From the IMG/VR virus record IMGVR_UViG_3300024331_000182, positions 1-59,717 of that record: 59,717 nt of DNA; one strand, given 5' to 3'. The stretch's first letter is position 1. Each line of letters opens with the position of its first letter. Made by a program: the position numbers and the translations under genes. The stretch is from a virus. Taxonomy: Duplodnaviria > Caudoviricetes. The notes under the pieces are model-generated. The model saw only the letters and a program-made list of their open reading frames with translations. It had not been told where the DNA came from and did not search any database. Positions 45,885 through 55,228 of the stretch are shown here, piece after piece.

Positions 45885-46062
45885 CTGAGATCTCCTCGAT
45901 CTGATAGATGCGCCGCACCGGTACCTCGCCCGTATCGTCCCATTCGTCCCCGCCCGGATAGACGCGGAAGCGGGTGCCGGGCTCCGGCGGCTCGCAGTAC
46001 CACTCTTGCACGATTCCAGCTTTCTCGTCCCAGAACACCTCGTGCGGGGCGGGTTCAGCCAT
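45808..46062 (-). CDS. Small protein containing a prohead-protease-like segment
   Basis: FRVYPGGDEW is identical to a stretch in 37864..38874. Confidence 0.5.
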   Translation of the reverse strand: MAEPAPHEVFWDEKAGIVQEWYCEPPEPGTRFRVYPGGDEWDDTGEVPVRRIYQIEEISDAPQDSTGDGPERAGPAGPGPGPAT

Positions 46063-46340
46063 CAGCTTGCGTCCCGGAAATGCTCCGTCTCGCCGGGCCA
46101 GGCAGGCAGGCTGTCCGGATACTCCGTCTCGAACGGCTCCCCGATCGGGCCGGCCGCCACGCCCATGAGCACGGGCTGGCCGAGCAGGACCCGGAGCCGG
46201 TCGGTGAAGCGAAGCGGGGGGACGACATCGGGCACGATGAGGTCGGCGCCGGACAGCTCCGTACTGACCGGGATGCCGTCACACGCGCCGCTGGCATGAT
46301 TGTAGCCCTTGCAGCCTGGACAGTGCCGTACGGTCGACAT
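46062..46340 (-). CDS. Hypothetical protein
   Basis: GGAAGG RBS; CPGC...H...C. Confidence 0.45.
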   Translation of the reverse strand: MSTVRHCPGCKGYNHASGACDGIPVSTELSGADLIVPDVVPPLRFTDRLRVLLGQPVLMGVAAGPIGEPFETEYPDSLPAWPGETEHFRDAS

Positions 46341-46492
46341 GATCAGCCTTCCTGCTCGGTCTGGTTACGCGGGCTCCGGCCGGAAGCCCCAGGATGAGTC
46401 CGTGGCGGCCGTTGCCGGGCTCGTGATCCGGCTGCACGGGCCGGGCCAGAGATCCAGGGACAGGTACAGGATCGTGACGTCCCGGAGCACCC

Positions 46493-47092
46493 TCACCGGG
46501 CGCGCTGGGTCAGGACGAGGCGCTCCAGCTCGGTCAGGTCCCATTCGGCCAGGACGGCCCACAGGTTCCCCCGGATGTGCCGGAGCAGAGCCGGGTCGAC
46601 CGGCGGGACCTGAGTCCATGATTCGACCTCCCACAGGATGTGGCAGCGGCGCAGGCGGCTCAGCTTCGGCCGGAAGCGCGGCGGGACGATGGGGACCATG
46701 GTGGACCCGGCCCGCCACCGCGACCGGACGCCCCAGTCAGGCAGCTCGTCGCCGGCGAGCGGGACCCGGACGGAGTGCGCGCCGACCAGGGCGCCCCGGT
46801 TGACGTAGTGGTCGTCGCGGTCCGCGAAGATCACGTCGCTGCCGGACCAGCGGGCGAAGCACGTGGTGGCGTCGGCCCGGACGACGGCGATCCGGGGCAG
46901 GCTGTTGTCGTGGAAGCCGCCCGAGGCGACGGACCGGGGCAGGTCGATGACCGGCAGGCCGCGCGCAGCCGCCCGGTACCCGGCTTCGATGGCCTCGTCC
47001 TCGGCCGTCCGCTCCGCGTAAACCATGCTGGCGTACTCGTCCAGCTTGGCGACCGCCTCGTCCTTGCTGATGCTGATCGTGGTGAGATCCAT
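46493..47092 (-). CDS. Conserved-looking phage hypothetical protein
   Basis: VP.VPP..RP...ILWEV..W...DP.LL.......V.A.WDLTELER. Confidence 0.65.
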   Translation of the reverse strand: MDLTTISISKDEAVAKLDEYASMVYAERTAEDEAIEAGYRAAARGLPVIDLPRSVASGGFHDNSLPRIAVVRADATTCFARWSGSDVIFADRDDHYVNRGALVGAHSVRVPLAGDELPDWGVRSRWRAGSTMVPIVPPRFRPKLSRLRRCHILWEVESWTQVPPVDPALLRHIRGNLWAVLAEWDLTELERLVLTQRAR

Positions 47093-47243
47093 TACCGCAC
47101 ATCCCTTCCTGGCGGCCTGACCGGATCGCGTCCGATCATCACCCTGGCCTCACTGATTCGCTCGTACCACTCGTCGCGGTTGATGCGGCCGGCTACGTAG
47201 GCCCTGCTCGCGCTGATCCCGATCCTGATGGCCCTGAGCATCT

Positions 47244-47579
47244 TCATCGCACGCCCTTCCCGAGGTCGATGTGCCCGGCGGCGAACTGCTCCAGCAGGGT
47301 GGCTGCGTGGCCGGTGCCCGGCCGGTACGGGGCCTCGGCCAGCCCGCAGTCCCGGCAGATCCAGCCGCCACGGCCGTTCGCCCGGATCAGGTCGCCCGGC
47401 ACGATCCCGTCTCCGCAGCCAGGGCAGAATCCCTCGTGCGCCGCCTCAAGCCACGGCCCGAACATGGACGGGTCCTGCGGGATAGGGCCGGGAGCAGCCG
47501 GGGTCCGGGGGCGGCAATCCGCGCAGTCCCGGATCTCCATGAGGTGATCGCACTGGGGCACGGAATCAAGTATAGGCAC
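47244..47579 (-). CDS. Zinc-binding hypothetical protein
   Basis: Three CxxC pairs. Confidence 0.5.
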   Translation of the reverse strand: MPILDSVPQCDHLMEIRDCADCRPRTPAAPGPIPQDPSMFGPWLEAAHEGFCPGCGDGIVPGDLIRANGRGGWICRDCGLAEAPYRPGTGHAATLLEQFAAGHIDLGKGVR

Positions 47580-47623
47580 GAGTTGTAATACTCTGTGAGC
47601 ACTCCACTGCCAGGGAGCCCCTG

Positions 47624-48532
47624 TTGAGCGATACGTACTGCTGGGCCTGCGGGTCTCCCGTTCCCGGCCTGGACCCGGCCACGGCCATGTGCACGGGATG
47701 CAAGGCCGGCTGGTACGCCCGCCGGGCGGCGGTCCCGCCCCTCCCAGACCTCATCCCCCGCCGCCGGGCCGTTGCCAGAACCTCGGAATACGCCGAGACG
47801 ACATTGGACGGCTGCTGCGGCGCCGGGGGCGCGGCGCGGGGCCTGTCGGAGGCCGGGCACTACGTCATCGGGGTCGACACGAACCCCCGGGTGCGGGACG
47901 CCTACCTGCGCTCCGGCGCGCATGAGTTCCACTGCGCGTCGGTCCTGGACGTCCTGGCCGACCGGTCGTTCATGAAGCGGGTCACGTTCACCTGGAACAG
48001 CCCGCCCTGCCAGCATTTCAGCCGGATGTGCCGGTGCCGCCCGGAGCTGCGGGCTAAATATCCGGACCTGATCACGCCATCGCGCCCGCTACTGAACGCC
48101 TGGGGCGGCCCGTGGGCGATGGAGAACGTCTACGGCGCGAAAAACTGGATGCGGGCACCGGTCGTGCTGTGCATGCACGGCCACTTCGGCCGCGAGTTCT
48201 ACCGCCACCGGCTGGTGGAGGCGGGCGGCGGGCTGGTGCTGACGTCGCCGCGCCGTGCCGCCTCCGGGCAGCACCGTCACGAAGTGCCTGCCAGGGTCAA
48301 CAGGGAATGCGGCTGCGTTCATCCTGTCCCGGCGGCCAAGGCCGGGCACTGGAAGCCGGGCATGTTCGTGTCGGTGGCCGGGCACGAGCGCAAGGAACCG
48401 GTCCGCCGGGTCATGGAGATCGATGAGCGGTGGATGCCGAAACGCGAGGACGTGTCCGAGGCCATCCCGCCGTTCATGTCTCACGAAATCGCGGTACAGC
48501 TCGCGGCCTGGCGGGCGAGGGCGGCAGCCTGA
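47624..48532 (+). CDS. C5 cytosine DNA methyltransferase-like protein
   Basis: LDGCCGAGG (motif I variant), GVD, SPPCQ (IV), ENV (VI), R.R (VIII), EAIPP (X). Confidence 0.8.
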   Translation: MSDTYCWACGSPVPGLDPATAMCTGCKAGWYARRAAVPPLPDLIPRRRAVARTSEYAETTLDGCCGAGGAARGLSEAGHYVIGVDTNPRVRDAYLRSGAHEFHCASVLDVLADRSFMKRVTFTWNSPPCQHFSRMCRCRPELRAKYPDLITPSRPLLNAWGGPWAMENVYGAKNWMRAPVVLCMHGHFGREFYRHRLVEAGGGLVLTSPRRAASGQHRHEVPARVNRECGCVHPVPAAKAGHWKPGMFVSVAGHERKEPVRRVMEIDERWMPKREDVSEAIPPFMSHEIAVQLAAWRARAAA

Positions 48533-48603
48533 CTGACCGGAGTCAGCTAACACCGTAAACATTGCACGGCTGACGTATGTTTCGGTACGCCAGGAGACTG
48601 GTG

Positions 48604-48804
48604 TTACCCGTGGTAGAAGCTCAGGGTGACTCTCTTCGCCCCGTGGTAGAAGCTGCCCGGGATCTGCTTTGCCCCGTGGTAGAAGCTCGCCGGGGAGTGC
48701 GATGAGGCACGGAACACCGAGTGCCCGGTCGCGGCCAGGCCGGCTGCGGTAGCCAGGAAGCTGGCCAGGAGCGCGGTAATGATTACGAGGTTCTTACCCT
48801 TCAC
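48604..48804 (-). CDS. Secreted precursor peptide with three SFYHG repeats
   Basis: GGAGAGGG RBS, GTG start, basic plus hydrophobic signal, AGCTTCTACCACGGG three times at 33-nt spacing, stop right after the third. Confidence 0.75.
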   Translation of the reverse strand: MKGKNLVIITALLASFLATAAGLAATGHSVFRASSHSPASFYHGAKQIPGSFYHGAKRVTLSFYHG

Positions 48805-48884
48805 GGTTCCATCCCTCTCCGTGACGTGTCGGAACCCGAACGTAACATACGATCCTGTTCCGTGTCACCATCCGGGAACGGAGA

Positions 48885-48920
48885 GGAGCCCGACCCCCAT
48901 CCCTGCGGGGGCCGGGCTCC
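48885..48920 (-). terminator. Hairpin after the lectin-like gene
   Basis: GGAGCCCG...CGGGCTCC enclosing a CCCC/GGGG stem. Confidence 0.5.
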
Positions 48921-48944
48921 GGCACGTTCCGATTGACCGGAATG

Positions 48945-49646
48945 TCAGCTAGCGCCGCCGTTCCAGGCCCAGAGCTGGTTCGCGGTGAACGTAGAGACTC
49001 CGGCATCCACGAGCTGGCGCGTGTCCGGCACGGCGGCCGGGCCGAACGAGCTGGCATGGGACGTGTCCTGGACGTACAGGCCGAAGGCGACATTCCGCAG
49101 CGCGAACGGGTTGGGGCCGTTGCCGTTGTCGCGGATGCGGTCACCGTTGAAGCTGGCCACGCCGACTACCTCGGGCGTTCCGCCGACCACGGTCTGCTCT
49201 GCGATATACCGCTGGTACTGACCGCCGTTGCAGGTCCGCAGGGTGAGCTGATGCGTGCCGGTGTCGGCCACGCACAGATTGCTCCACACGCCGTTCGGAG
49301 CGTAGACGATCGAGTAGGACTTGGTACTGCTGTTCGAGGCCGACAGAGTGGGGACGACGCCGATGTGGAGCACCTTCACGAAGTCGGTGGCCTTGTCGGA
49401 CGGGCTGTTCGTTCCGTAGCCGATGACCGGGACGTTGGCCTTGGCGGTCGTGCCCTTGACGTCCCAGAACACGTCGTGCGGGGTGGGAGACTGGACGTTA
49501 TGGCCCGCGAAGGTTCCGCACTGGTCTCCGAATCCGCTCGCGCACGCCACGGTCGTGGCGCTGGCAGCCGGAGCGCCTGCGAGCGCGAAGCCCCCGGCTA
49601 CGGCTGCCGCGCCGGCGAGCGCGAAGTAACGCTTGTTCAGCTTCAT
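48945..49646 (-). CDS. Secreted ricin-B-like lectin protein
   Basis: Signal peptide ending ASA; NLCVAD...LTLRTCNGGQYQRY; NQLW. Confidence 0.65.
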   Translation of the reverse strand: MKLNKRYFALAGAAAVAGGFALAGAPAASATTVACASGFGDQCGTFAGHNVQSPTPHDVFWDVKGTTAKANVPVIGYGTNSPSDKATDFVKVLHIGVVPTLSASNSSTKSYSIVYAPNGVWSNLCVADTGTHQLTLRTCNGGQYQRYIAEQTVVGGTPEVVGVASFNGDRIRDNGNGPNPFALRNVAFGLYVQDTSHASSFGPAAVPDTRQLVDAGVSTFTANQLWAWNGGAS

Positions 49647-49756
49647 TTCTTGCCTTCCGTTGTCCTGTTGGATCGCCCGCCCCTTGCGGCAGGTCGTTTA
49701 TGAGGGTCATCCTCCGGAAGCGGGAAGGCCGGAGGGCAGTGGACCCTGGTACTTTA

Positions 49757-49993
49757 CTACGCAGCCGGGCGTAACCGCCGGATTCGCTCATATTCGCTCA
49801 GCCGCCAGCACAGCCAGGCGAAGCTCCCGGTGGACAGGACAGTCGCGATCAGGGCAGGCACCCAGGCTCCTGTCAGGCCTGCGTAGTACATCGCATTGGC
49901 CACGCGGCCGATGAGGGCGATGATTCCCAGGACCACCAGGAACGCGGCGATATCCAGAACAGCCCTGTCGGCCGGGCTCCGGTACTTCCTCAT
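49757..49993 (-). CDS. Small two-helix membrane protein
   Basis: Hydrophobic; ATGA coupling. Confidence 0.5.
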   Translation of the reverse strand: MRKYRSPADRAVLDIAAFLVVLGIIALIGRVANAMYYAGLTGAWVPALIATVLSTGSFAWLCWRLSEYERIRRLRPAA

Positions 49994-50685
49994 CCGAGCG
50001 CCCAGGCCGCGCGCAGCAGCCGGAAGATACTCCAGCGGCGCCGTAGGACCACGCGGGTGATGTCGGCAGCCTCCCGGAGCCGGGCCGGGGTCCGGGACCC
50101 GGCGTGGTACCAGATGTAGCCGTTGCGCTCGCGGTAGTAGCAGGACTTGATCTCGTTGTGCTCATCGCACAGCAGGCCGAGGTTGAGCAGGGTGGTCAGG
50201 AACCCCGCGATCCAGGGCTTGCCGTGGTCGACGTGCAGGCATCTCTTCCGCCAGATCCCGTCCCTGCCCTGCCGCTGGGGCAGCATGGCCAGCTCGGCGG
50301 CGGTAATGCCGCAGTACAGGCACCGGTTCCGGTCCATGGCGAAGGTAACGCGGCGCAGGCTGGCGGTGATGACAGCGGACTTGCAGTGCTCCCGGCCGTG
50401 GCGGCGGCGATGGCTGATCCGCCACTGCCGGAACGGGCCGCCGATGATGACGGCGGGCAGGCAGAACAGGATGAACACCACGGCGGCGGGGATGACGACC
50501 AGCCCGGCGGCGGTCATGACGGCGAGCCCGGCCCAGTGCAGCGGCTCGCCCAGGTACAGCCATCCGCCCAGCGGGGCCGCGACGCCGGGGCCGAAGGTGA
50601 ACGAGCGGGATAGCGTGTAGTTCCGGTACTTCCGCCTCTTCCGGGCCGGGCGGCGGTAGGCGAGACGCCTGGCCAGGGTGCTCAT
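49990..50685 (-). CDS. Membrane-anchored HNH endonuclease-like protein
   Basis: Hydrophobic N-half; LRR.....D.NRCLYCG, LHVDH.KP, NL..LC..HN..K. Confidence 0.75.
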   Translation of the reverse strand: MSTLARRLAYRRPARKRRKYRNYTLSRSFTFGPGVAAPLGGWLYLGEPLHWAGLAVMTAAGLVVIPAAVVFILFCLPAVIIGGPFRQWRISHRRRHGREHCKSAVITASLRRVTFAMDRNRCLYCGITAAELAMLPQRQGRDGIWRKRCLHVDHGKPWIAGFLTTLLNLGLLCDEHNEIKSCYYRERNGYIWYHAGSRTPARLREAADITRVVLRRRWSIFRLLRAAWALG

Positions 50686-50870
50686 GAGACCACCCACTCC
50701 TCCAGCAGGTCCGCGAACCACTGCGCGTACGTTGTCCCGTCGCCGCTGTCATCGAAGGCGTGGTCCTTCTCCTCGTTGTCGAACCGGCGGACCAGCTCTA
50801 TCGTCCGGCCTCTCAGGGACAGGCCCGGATCGACCGGCGGCGGGACCCCGGCCCGGACTTTCCCGCTCAC
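50682..50870 (-). CDS. Small hypothetical protein
   Basis: Coupled on both sides. Confidence 0.4.
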   Translation of the reverse strand: MSGKVRAGVPPPVDPGLSLRGRTIELVRRFDNEEKDHAFDDSGDGTTYAQWFADLLEEWVVS

Positions 50871-51322
50871 GAGCCGGACCTCGCCGGGAGCGTGACGATC
50901 ACGAGATCGACGGGGGCGTCCTGATACGGGTGCAGGCACGTGATCAGGTCATCCGGGGTGAGGCCGCCGATCCCGCAGCCGATCAGCGGCATGGCGACCC
51001 GGGTGATCTTGAAATCGTGGTAAGCCTCGGTGATCATCCGGCCCACGGCGGCGGTGATCATCCACGGCTTCGCATCCGGGCCGGGCCGGTCCTGGGTGGC
51101 CAGGTTAAACACCACCAGGCCGCCTGGCTCGCGCCAGGGCAGGATCTCGCCGGGCAGCATCTCGCCCCGCAGGCACCGCCGCCGGTACGACTCGAACATC
51201 CTCGGGTGACGCTGCCGGAACTGGACGGCGATCCCGGCGCCCATGACGCCCCGGCAGTTGACGCCGTGCGCTAGCGCCGAGGCGTCGCAGGCGAACAGGT
51301 CGCCCTCGGTGAACGAGATCAT
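50867..51322 (-). CDS. Macrodomain ADP-ribose hydrolase (TARG1/DarG/SCO6735-like)
   Basis: GDLF, AHGVNC.GVMGAGIA, FNLATQ, AMPLIGCGIGGL. Confidence 0.88.
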   Translation of the reverse strand: MISFTEGDLFACDASALAHGVNCRGVMGAGIAVQFRQRHPRMFESYRRRCLRGEMLPGEILPWREPGGLVVFNLATQDRPGPDAKPWMITAAVGRMITEAYHDFKITRVAMPLIGCGIGGLTPDDLITCLHPYQDAPVDLVIVTLPARSGS

Positions 51323-51512
51323 CCCCGCACCTCCGGTTCCGGCGCCGGCCACTGCTCGCCGGCGGGCTCGGCCGGGTGCACGGTCCTGCCGTCCCGCTCG
51401 CTGAACAGCATGCCGTTCAGGTGAACCGAATAGCCCACGTCCGCCGGGAGCCCGCCCCGCAGCGCGGTATCCGCGAACCGGGCCTCGGCCGGGCTGGTCG
51501 TGCTGACGATAA

Positions 51513-51851
51513 TCATGTTTTCCCCTTTGCCCGCGCTATCTCGGCCTGGATGTCCCGGTACTTCCCGGAGTCGATGAGCCGGAGCGCCAGGCGGGGGTGA
51601 GCTTTCCGCCCGCCGCAGCACCAGCAGTTCCCGAACGGCCTGCGGAACCACCCGCTGCCGCCGATCTTCGATTTCTCGTCGCCGCCGCCCGAGCAGACGC
51701 GGCACGCGACCCGGGGATGGCGCTTCACGTCACGGCGGTACCAGAACCCGGCCGTGATCACTCCCAGCACCCAGGACACCGGCCCCAGGCCGAGGCGGTA
51801 ACCGAGGATGACCGGGACGGCGAAGATGACGATGACGGGCATGCCGGTCAC
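51513..51851 (-). CDS. Membrane protein with DnaJ-like zinc motifs
   Basis: Hydrophobic N-terminus; CRVCSGGG and CWCCGG. Confidence 0.55.
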   Translation of the reverse strand: MTGMPVIVIFAVPVILGYRLGLGPVSWVLGVITAGFWYRRDVKRHPRVACRVCSGGGDEKSKIGGSGWFRRPFGNCWCCGGRKAHPRLALRLIDSGKYRDIQAEIARAKGKT

Positions 51852-52003
51852 CCGCCCCGGGCGTTGTGCCCGGCAGTCTGGAGGCCGCTGAAAATCTCAT
51901 GGAGGATGATGCCGGCCTGGCCGAATGCGCCCGCCACCCCGTACATCAAGATCAGCACCGCGAAAATCAGGACTACCCATCCCGTAAATGTTTTCGGCAG
52001 CAT
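51848..52003 (-). CDS. Small membrane peptide
   Basis: GGGAGG RBS; MLPKTFTGWVVLIFAVLILMYG. Confidence 0.5.
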   Translation of the reverse strand: MLPKTFTGWVVLIFAVLILMYGVAGAFGQAGIILHEIFSGLQTAGHNARGG

Positions 52004-52005
52004 GG

Positions 52006-52338
52006 TTACCTCCCTCTCCGGTCCAGGCGTGACCGGATCGTTCTCGCGACTGCCGTGCCCGCCAGGACGGCGATGACGGCGGCCGTGGCGGCGGCCGGGG
52101 CCAGGACCCAGGCGAGCCCGGTGCAGGCTCCCCCGGCTGGGAGGGCCGCGCCGAAAGCTATTCTCTGCCCGGCGCCCAGCCCGTGCCACCAGGTGTCGTA
52201 GCGGATGGGCGGAACGGCGGTCTGCGGGCGGAATACCCGCAGGATGCGCAAGTGCCGGCTGTGGCTGTGCACACCGTGCCAGGCCATGGCGGCCAGGATG
52301 ACGGCAGCGGCGAAGACGGCGAGCGGAGTGATCGTCAC
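52006..52338 (-). CDS. Small membrane protein
   Basis: GGAGG then GTG 52338; hydrophobic helices. Confidence 0.45.
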   Translation of the reverse strand: MTITPLAVFAAAVILAAMAWHGVHSHSRHLRILRVFRPQTAVPPIRYDTWWHGLGAGQRIAFGAALPAGGACTGLAWVLAPAAATAAVIAVLAGTAVARTIRSRLDRRGR

Positions 52339-52757
52339 CCGGGCACCTCCTCCCTGGTCTCCGGCACCCGGTCGCCTTCTGTGCCGGCGGGCAGCCGCTT
52401 CCCTGGGTAGACGGCCGGGGATAGATCCGGGTCGTTCCCGGACCCCGGGGCGGCCGTGGCCTGCGCGGCTGCGGGCTGCGATCCGGGCAGCGGGGTCAGG
52501 TCGATACCCTCGCGGCTGCGGCGGACAGGGGGCGGACGACCGGAGACGGCCCGCGCCGTCAGGGTCACGATGGCGTACCCGGCCAGGACCAGGAGCACGG
52601 CCGCCGTCTCGCGGGCAGCCTGGGCGAGGGCCGCCGCGTGCTTCTGCGCCCAGGGAGCGCCGGACACGGCGACGATGAACAGGATGACGGCCCCGGCGAG
52701 GAGCACGGGGCTGCACTGGAGCCGGGCGCAGGACCGGCGTATCCGCTCTGCGATCAC
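52335..52757 (-). CDS. Membrane protein
   Basis: Two hydrophobic helices; GTGA-coupled to the FtsK-like gene. Confidence 0.5.
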   Translation of the reverse strand: MIAERIRRSCARLQCSPVLLAGAVILFIVAVSGAPWAQKHAAALAQAARETAAVLLVLAGYAIVTLTARAVSGRPPPVRRSREGIDLTPLPGSQPAAAQATAAPGSGNDPDLSPAVYPGKRLPAGTEGDRVPETREEVPG

Positions 52758-54916
52758 AGGTCGTCCTCCTCGTATCCCCCGGGTCCGTCGTCTGCCAGCG
52801 GCTCCGCGTCACCCGCCTGCCTGACCCAGATCCACCGGTTGTACGGGTTGTTGCCGATCTCGCTGCTGCGGCGGACCCGGCCCAGTTCCTTGTCGTCCCG
52901 GAGCCAGTCGTGCAGGGTGCCCCGGTGCACGCGCAGGTCCGGGTTCCCGGTGGCACCGGCCTCGGCGGTCAGCGTCTTGTGCAGGGTGCCCACGGTCAGC
53001 CCGTGCAGCCCGGCCCGGAACAGCAGCTCGCGCATCCGGCGCCGGGCCGGGTGGATCTTCCCCGAAGGGTCATCGGGGTCGGTCAGCCTGGCCGTGATCT
53101 CGGCCCAGGCGGCATCCAGGTCGCTGTCCCGTCCGGCGCCGTCTCCGGCATCACCGCCAGGGCTCCCGCCGGGCGGGTCCGTGACCGCTGCCGGACGGGG
53201 CTTAGCGTCGCCGCCGGGAACAGGGCCGTCGTAGATCCCGATGTCCGGGTCGGCCTTCCACTCGGCGGCGGTATCCCGCCACATGTCCATCTGGGCCTCG
53301 ATCCGCTTCCAGCGGTCCGCGTACGCCTCGCCCATCGCGGCTTCCGTGAGCGGATCGGGGACGGGACGGCGGGGGCCGGTCTGCCGGGCGATGTGGTACG
53401 CCAGCCTCGGGGTCACCCGGTAGAAGTGAACCGGGGAGGACATCCTGCCCTTGAGCAGGACCAGGCCGGCCCCCTCGTCCTGGATCTTGGACAGCAGCTT
53501 GGCGTGGGCGTTGTCGTCGGGGAAGATCGACCGGGCGTCATCGGACTGGCTGACCCGCAGGCCGACCCGGGCGAGCACCTGGGCCTTGATGGCGGACAGG
53601 CCCATCGTCTCCACGTCGCCCCGGACGGACGCGAACACGACCGTGAGCGCCTCCGACCGGTACGTCTCGATGAGGCGGGCGATCAGGACGGCCATGTCCC
53701 GGCTGCTGATCCCCTCGTCCTTGCGGCCGTGGCCGGTGGCGACGACGGTCTCGTCCATGACCAGGGTGATGCCCGGCAGGGTCCGGCGCGGGGTGATCTT
53801 CTCACCGCCCGCACCCTGCTGGCCGCGTGCGTCGCCGGCCGCGATCAGCGTCTCCAGCATCAGCTTGGCCTCGGCCCGGGTGGTGGCCACCCAGTCGATG
53901 ACCGGCCGCCGGATGCCGCCCGGGTCCTCCACCCAGGGCATGATCCAGGGCCGGGACATCCGGCCGCCGCCACCCTTGAGGTCGATGCAGAAAACCAGCT
54001 CGTCCTCGCACCAGGCGAGGTTCCCGATGAACACGTTGAGCAGGTTGGACTTGCCGGACCCGATGACCCCGACGATCATCACGGCGATCTCGCGGAGCAG
54101 CAGCCGGAACGGGCGGCCGTTGTCGTGCAGCCCGAGATCCAGCGGCTCGTTGACGGTCGTCCACCGGGTCCGCTCGGGCAGGAAAGCGACCTGGCGCTTG
54201 CCCTTGCGGGTGCGCAGGCTCGCGATGAACTCAGCCGAGTTGTCCGGGTTGGGCTGCTCGAAGGTAACCGCGTCGGCTGCCAGCCGCAGGTCGGTTGCCA
54301 GCTCGGGGCCGAGGTCCCGGAGCCGGTCGAAGGTGACGACGCCGTGCTCGTCGGTGGCCTTGCCGAGCATCCCGTACACCTGGATGCCGTTGGAGTGCTT
54401 GCGAACCTCGGTGATGCGGATGCCCCGGACGCCGAGCTGGGCGAACTTGATTACCCAGCGCTCCATCTCGGCCTGGCGCCGGGCGCGCTCCTCGGCCTCA
54501 GCATCACGGCTGCCCAGCGCCCGGTAGTTGGCGATCACGGGCGGGCCGAACGGGGTGAGGATGACGAACCCGAGCACGAGGGCGGCGAGCATATCGGCCG
54601 TCCACGGCCCGATCATCCGGGCTCCGGTGAACCAGGCCGTCAGGAACGCGCCCCAGCAGAGCAGCCAGCCGGACAGGCCGCCGGACCCGGTGATGCGCAG
54701 GGTCACCCACCAGATGACGCCGGCGAGCACGCCCAGGATGCCGCTCACCTCCCACAGCGGGACCCTGGCCGGGAGGAGCCAGGCACCGAACAGCACGACG
54801 GCCGAGACGATGACGGCCGTCTCGATGACATGCCACCACAGGTCGCGGCCGACCGGGACGGGCTTGCGTTCAGGCCGGGGGGCCGGCGGGAGCCGCTTTA
54901 CCGGGTCGTGCATCAT
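52754..54916 (-). CDS. FtsK/SpoIIIE-family DNA translocase, TraB-like
   Basis: Four N-terminal TM helices; GVIGSGKS Walker A, IDLKGG, LVMDE Walker B; C-terminal winged-helix-like segment. Confidence 0.85.
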   Translation of the reverse strand: MMHDPVKRLPPAPRPERKPVPVGRDLWWHVIETAVIVSAVVLFGAWLLPARVPLWEVSGILGVLAGVIWWVTLRITGSGGLSGWLLCWGAFLTAWFTGARMIGPWTADMLAALVLGFVILTPFGPPVIANYRALGSRDAEAEERARRQAEMERWVIKFAQLGVRGIRITEVRKHSNGIQVYGMLGKATDEHGVVTFDRLRDLGPELATDLRLAADAVTFEQPNPDNSAEFIASLRTRKGKRQVAFLPERTRWTTVNEPLDLGLHDNGRPFRLLLREIAVMIVGVIGSGKSNLLNVFIGNLAWCEDELVFCIDLKGGGGRMSRPWIMPWVEDPGGIRRPVIDWVATTRAEAKLMLETLIAAGDARGQQGAGGEKITPRRTLPGITLVMDETVVATGHGRKDEGISSRDMAVLIARLIETYRSEALTVVFASVRGDVETMGLSAIKAQVLARVGLRVSQSDDARSIFPDDNAHAKLLSKIQDEGAGLVLLKGRMSSPVHFYRVTPRLAYHIARQTGPRRPVPDPLTEAAMGEAYADRWKRIEAQMDMWRDTAAEWKADPDIGIYDGPVPGGDAKPRPAAVTDPPGGSPGGDAGDGAGRDSDLDAAWAEITARLTDPDDPSGKIHPARRRMRELLFRAGLHGLTVGTLHKTLTAEAGATGNPDLRVHRGTLHDWLRDDKELGRVRRSSEIGNNPYNRWIWVRQAGDAEPLADDGPGGYEEDDL

Positions 54917-55208
54917 CAGTCCTCCTCTCCGGTTCGGTCGCCTGGCGCACCAGGTCGCGGAACAGCTCGGCTACCTGGGCGTCCTTGCCGGGCACATCGG
55001 CCTTCGCGGCCGGGCCGTAGTCCCCGGCCAGATCGCGGAGCAGGTAGCGGGGGTTGTTCCCGCAGCCCACGCACACGGACGGGGAGACGGTGAGGGCGAG
55101 ACGGCCATCGCGGGCGACGCACGGGCTCATGTCACTCTTGGCCCACGGGCAGCCCACATACTCCGGGTCGTCGTCATACCGGCCGAAGCCGGCAGGTCCC
55201 TTCGCCAT
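54870..55208 (-). CDS. Cys-containing hypothetical protein
   Basis: GGGAG then ATG 55208; CPW...C...CVGC; overlaps translocase start. Confidence 0.45.
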   Translation of the reverse strand: MAKGPAGFGRYDDDPEYVGCPWAKSDMSPCVARDGRLALTVSPSVCVGCGNNPRYLLRDLAGDYGPAAKADVPGKDAQVAELFRDLVRQATEPERRTDDARPGKAAPAGPPA

Positions 55209-55228
55209 CGCCGTCTCCCGTCCCTGGG

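Noticed and set aside
48607-48687. 15-bp repeats with 18-bp variable spacers as a mini-CRISPR
   Set aside because: Too short; the 33-nt period keeps the frame of a signal-peptide ORF, so it is better explained as peptide cores.
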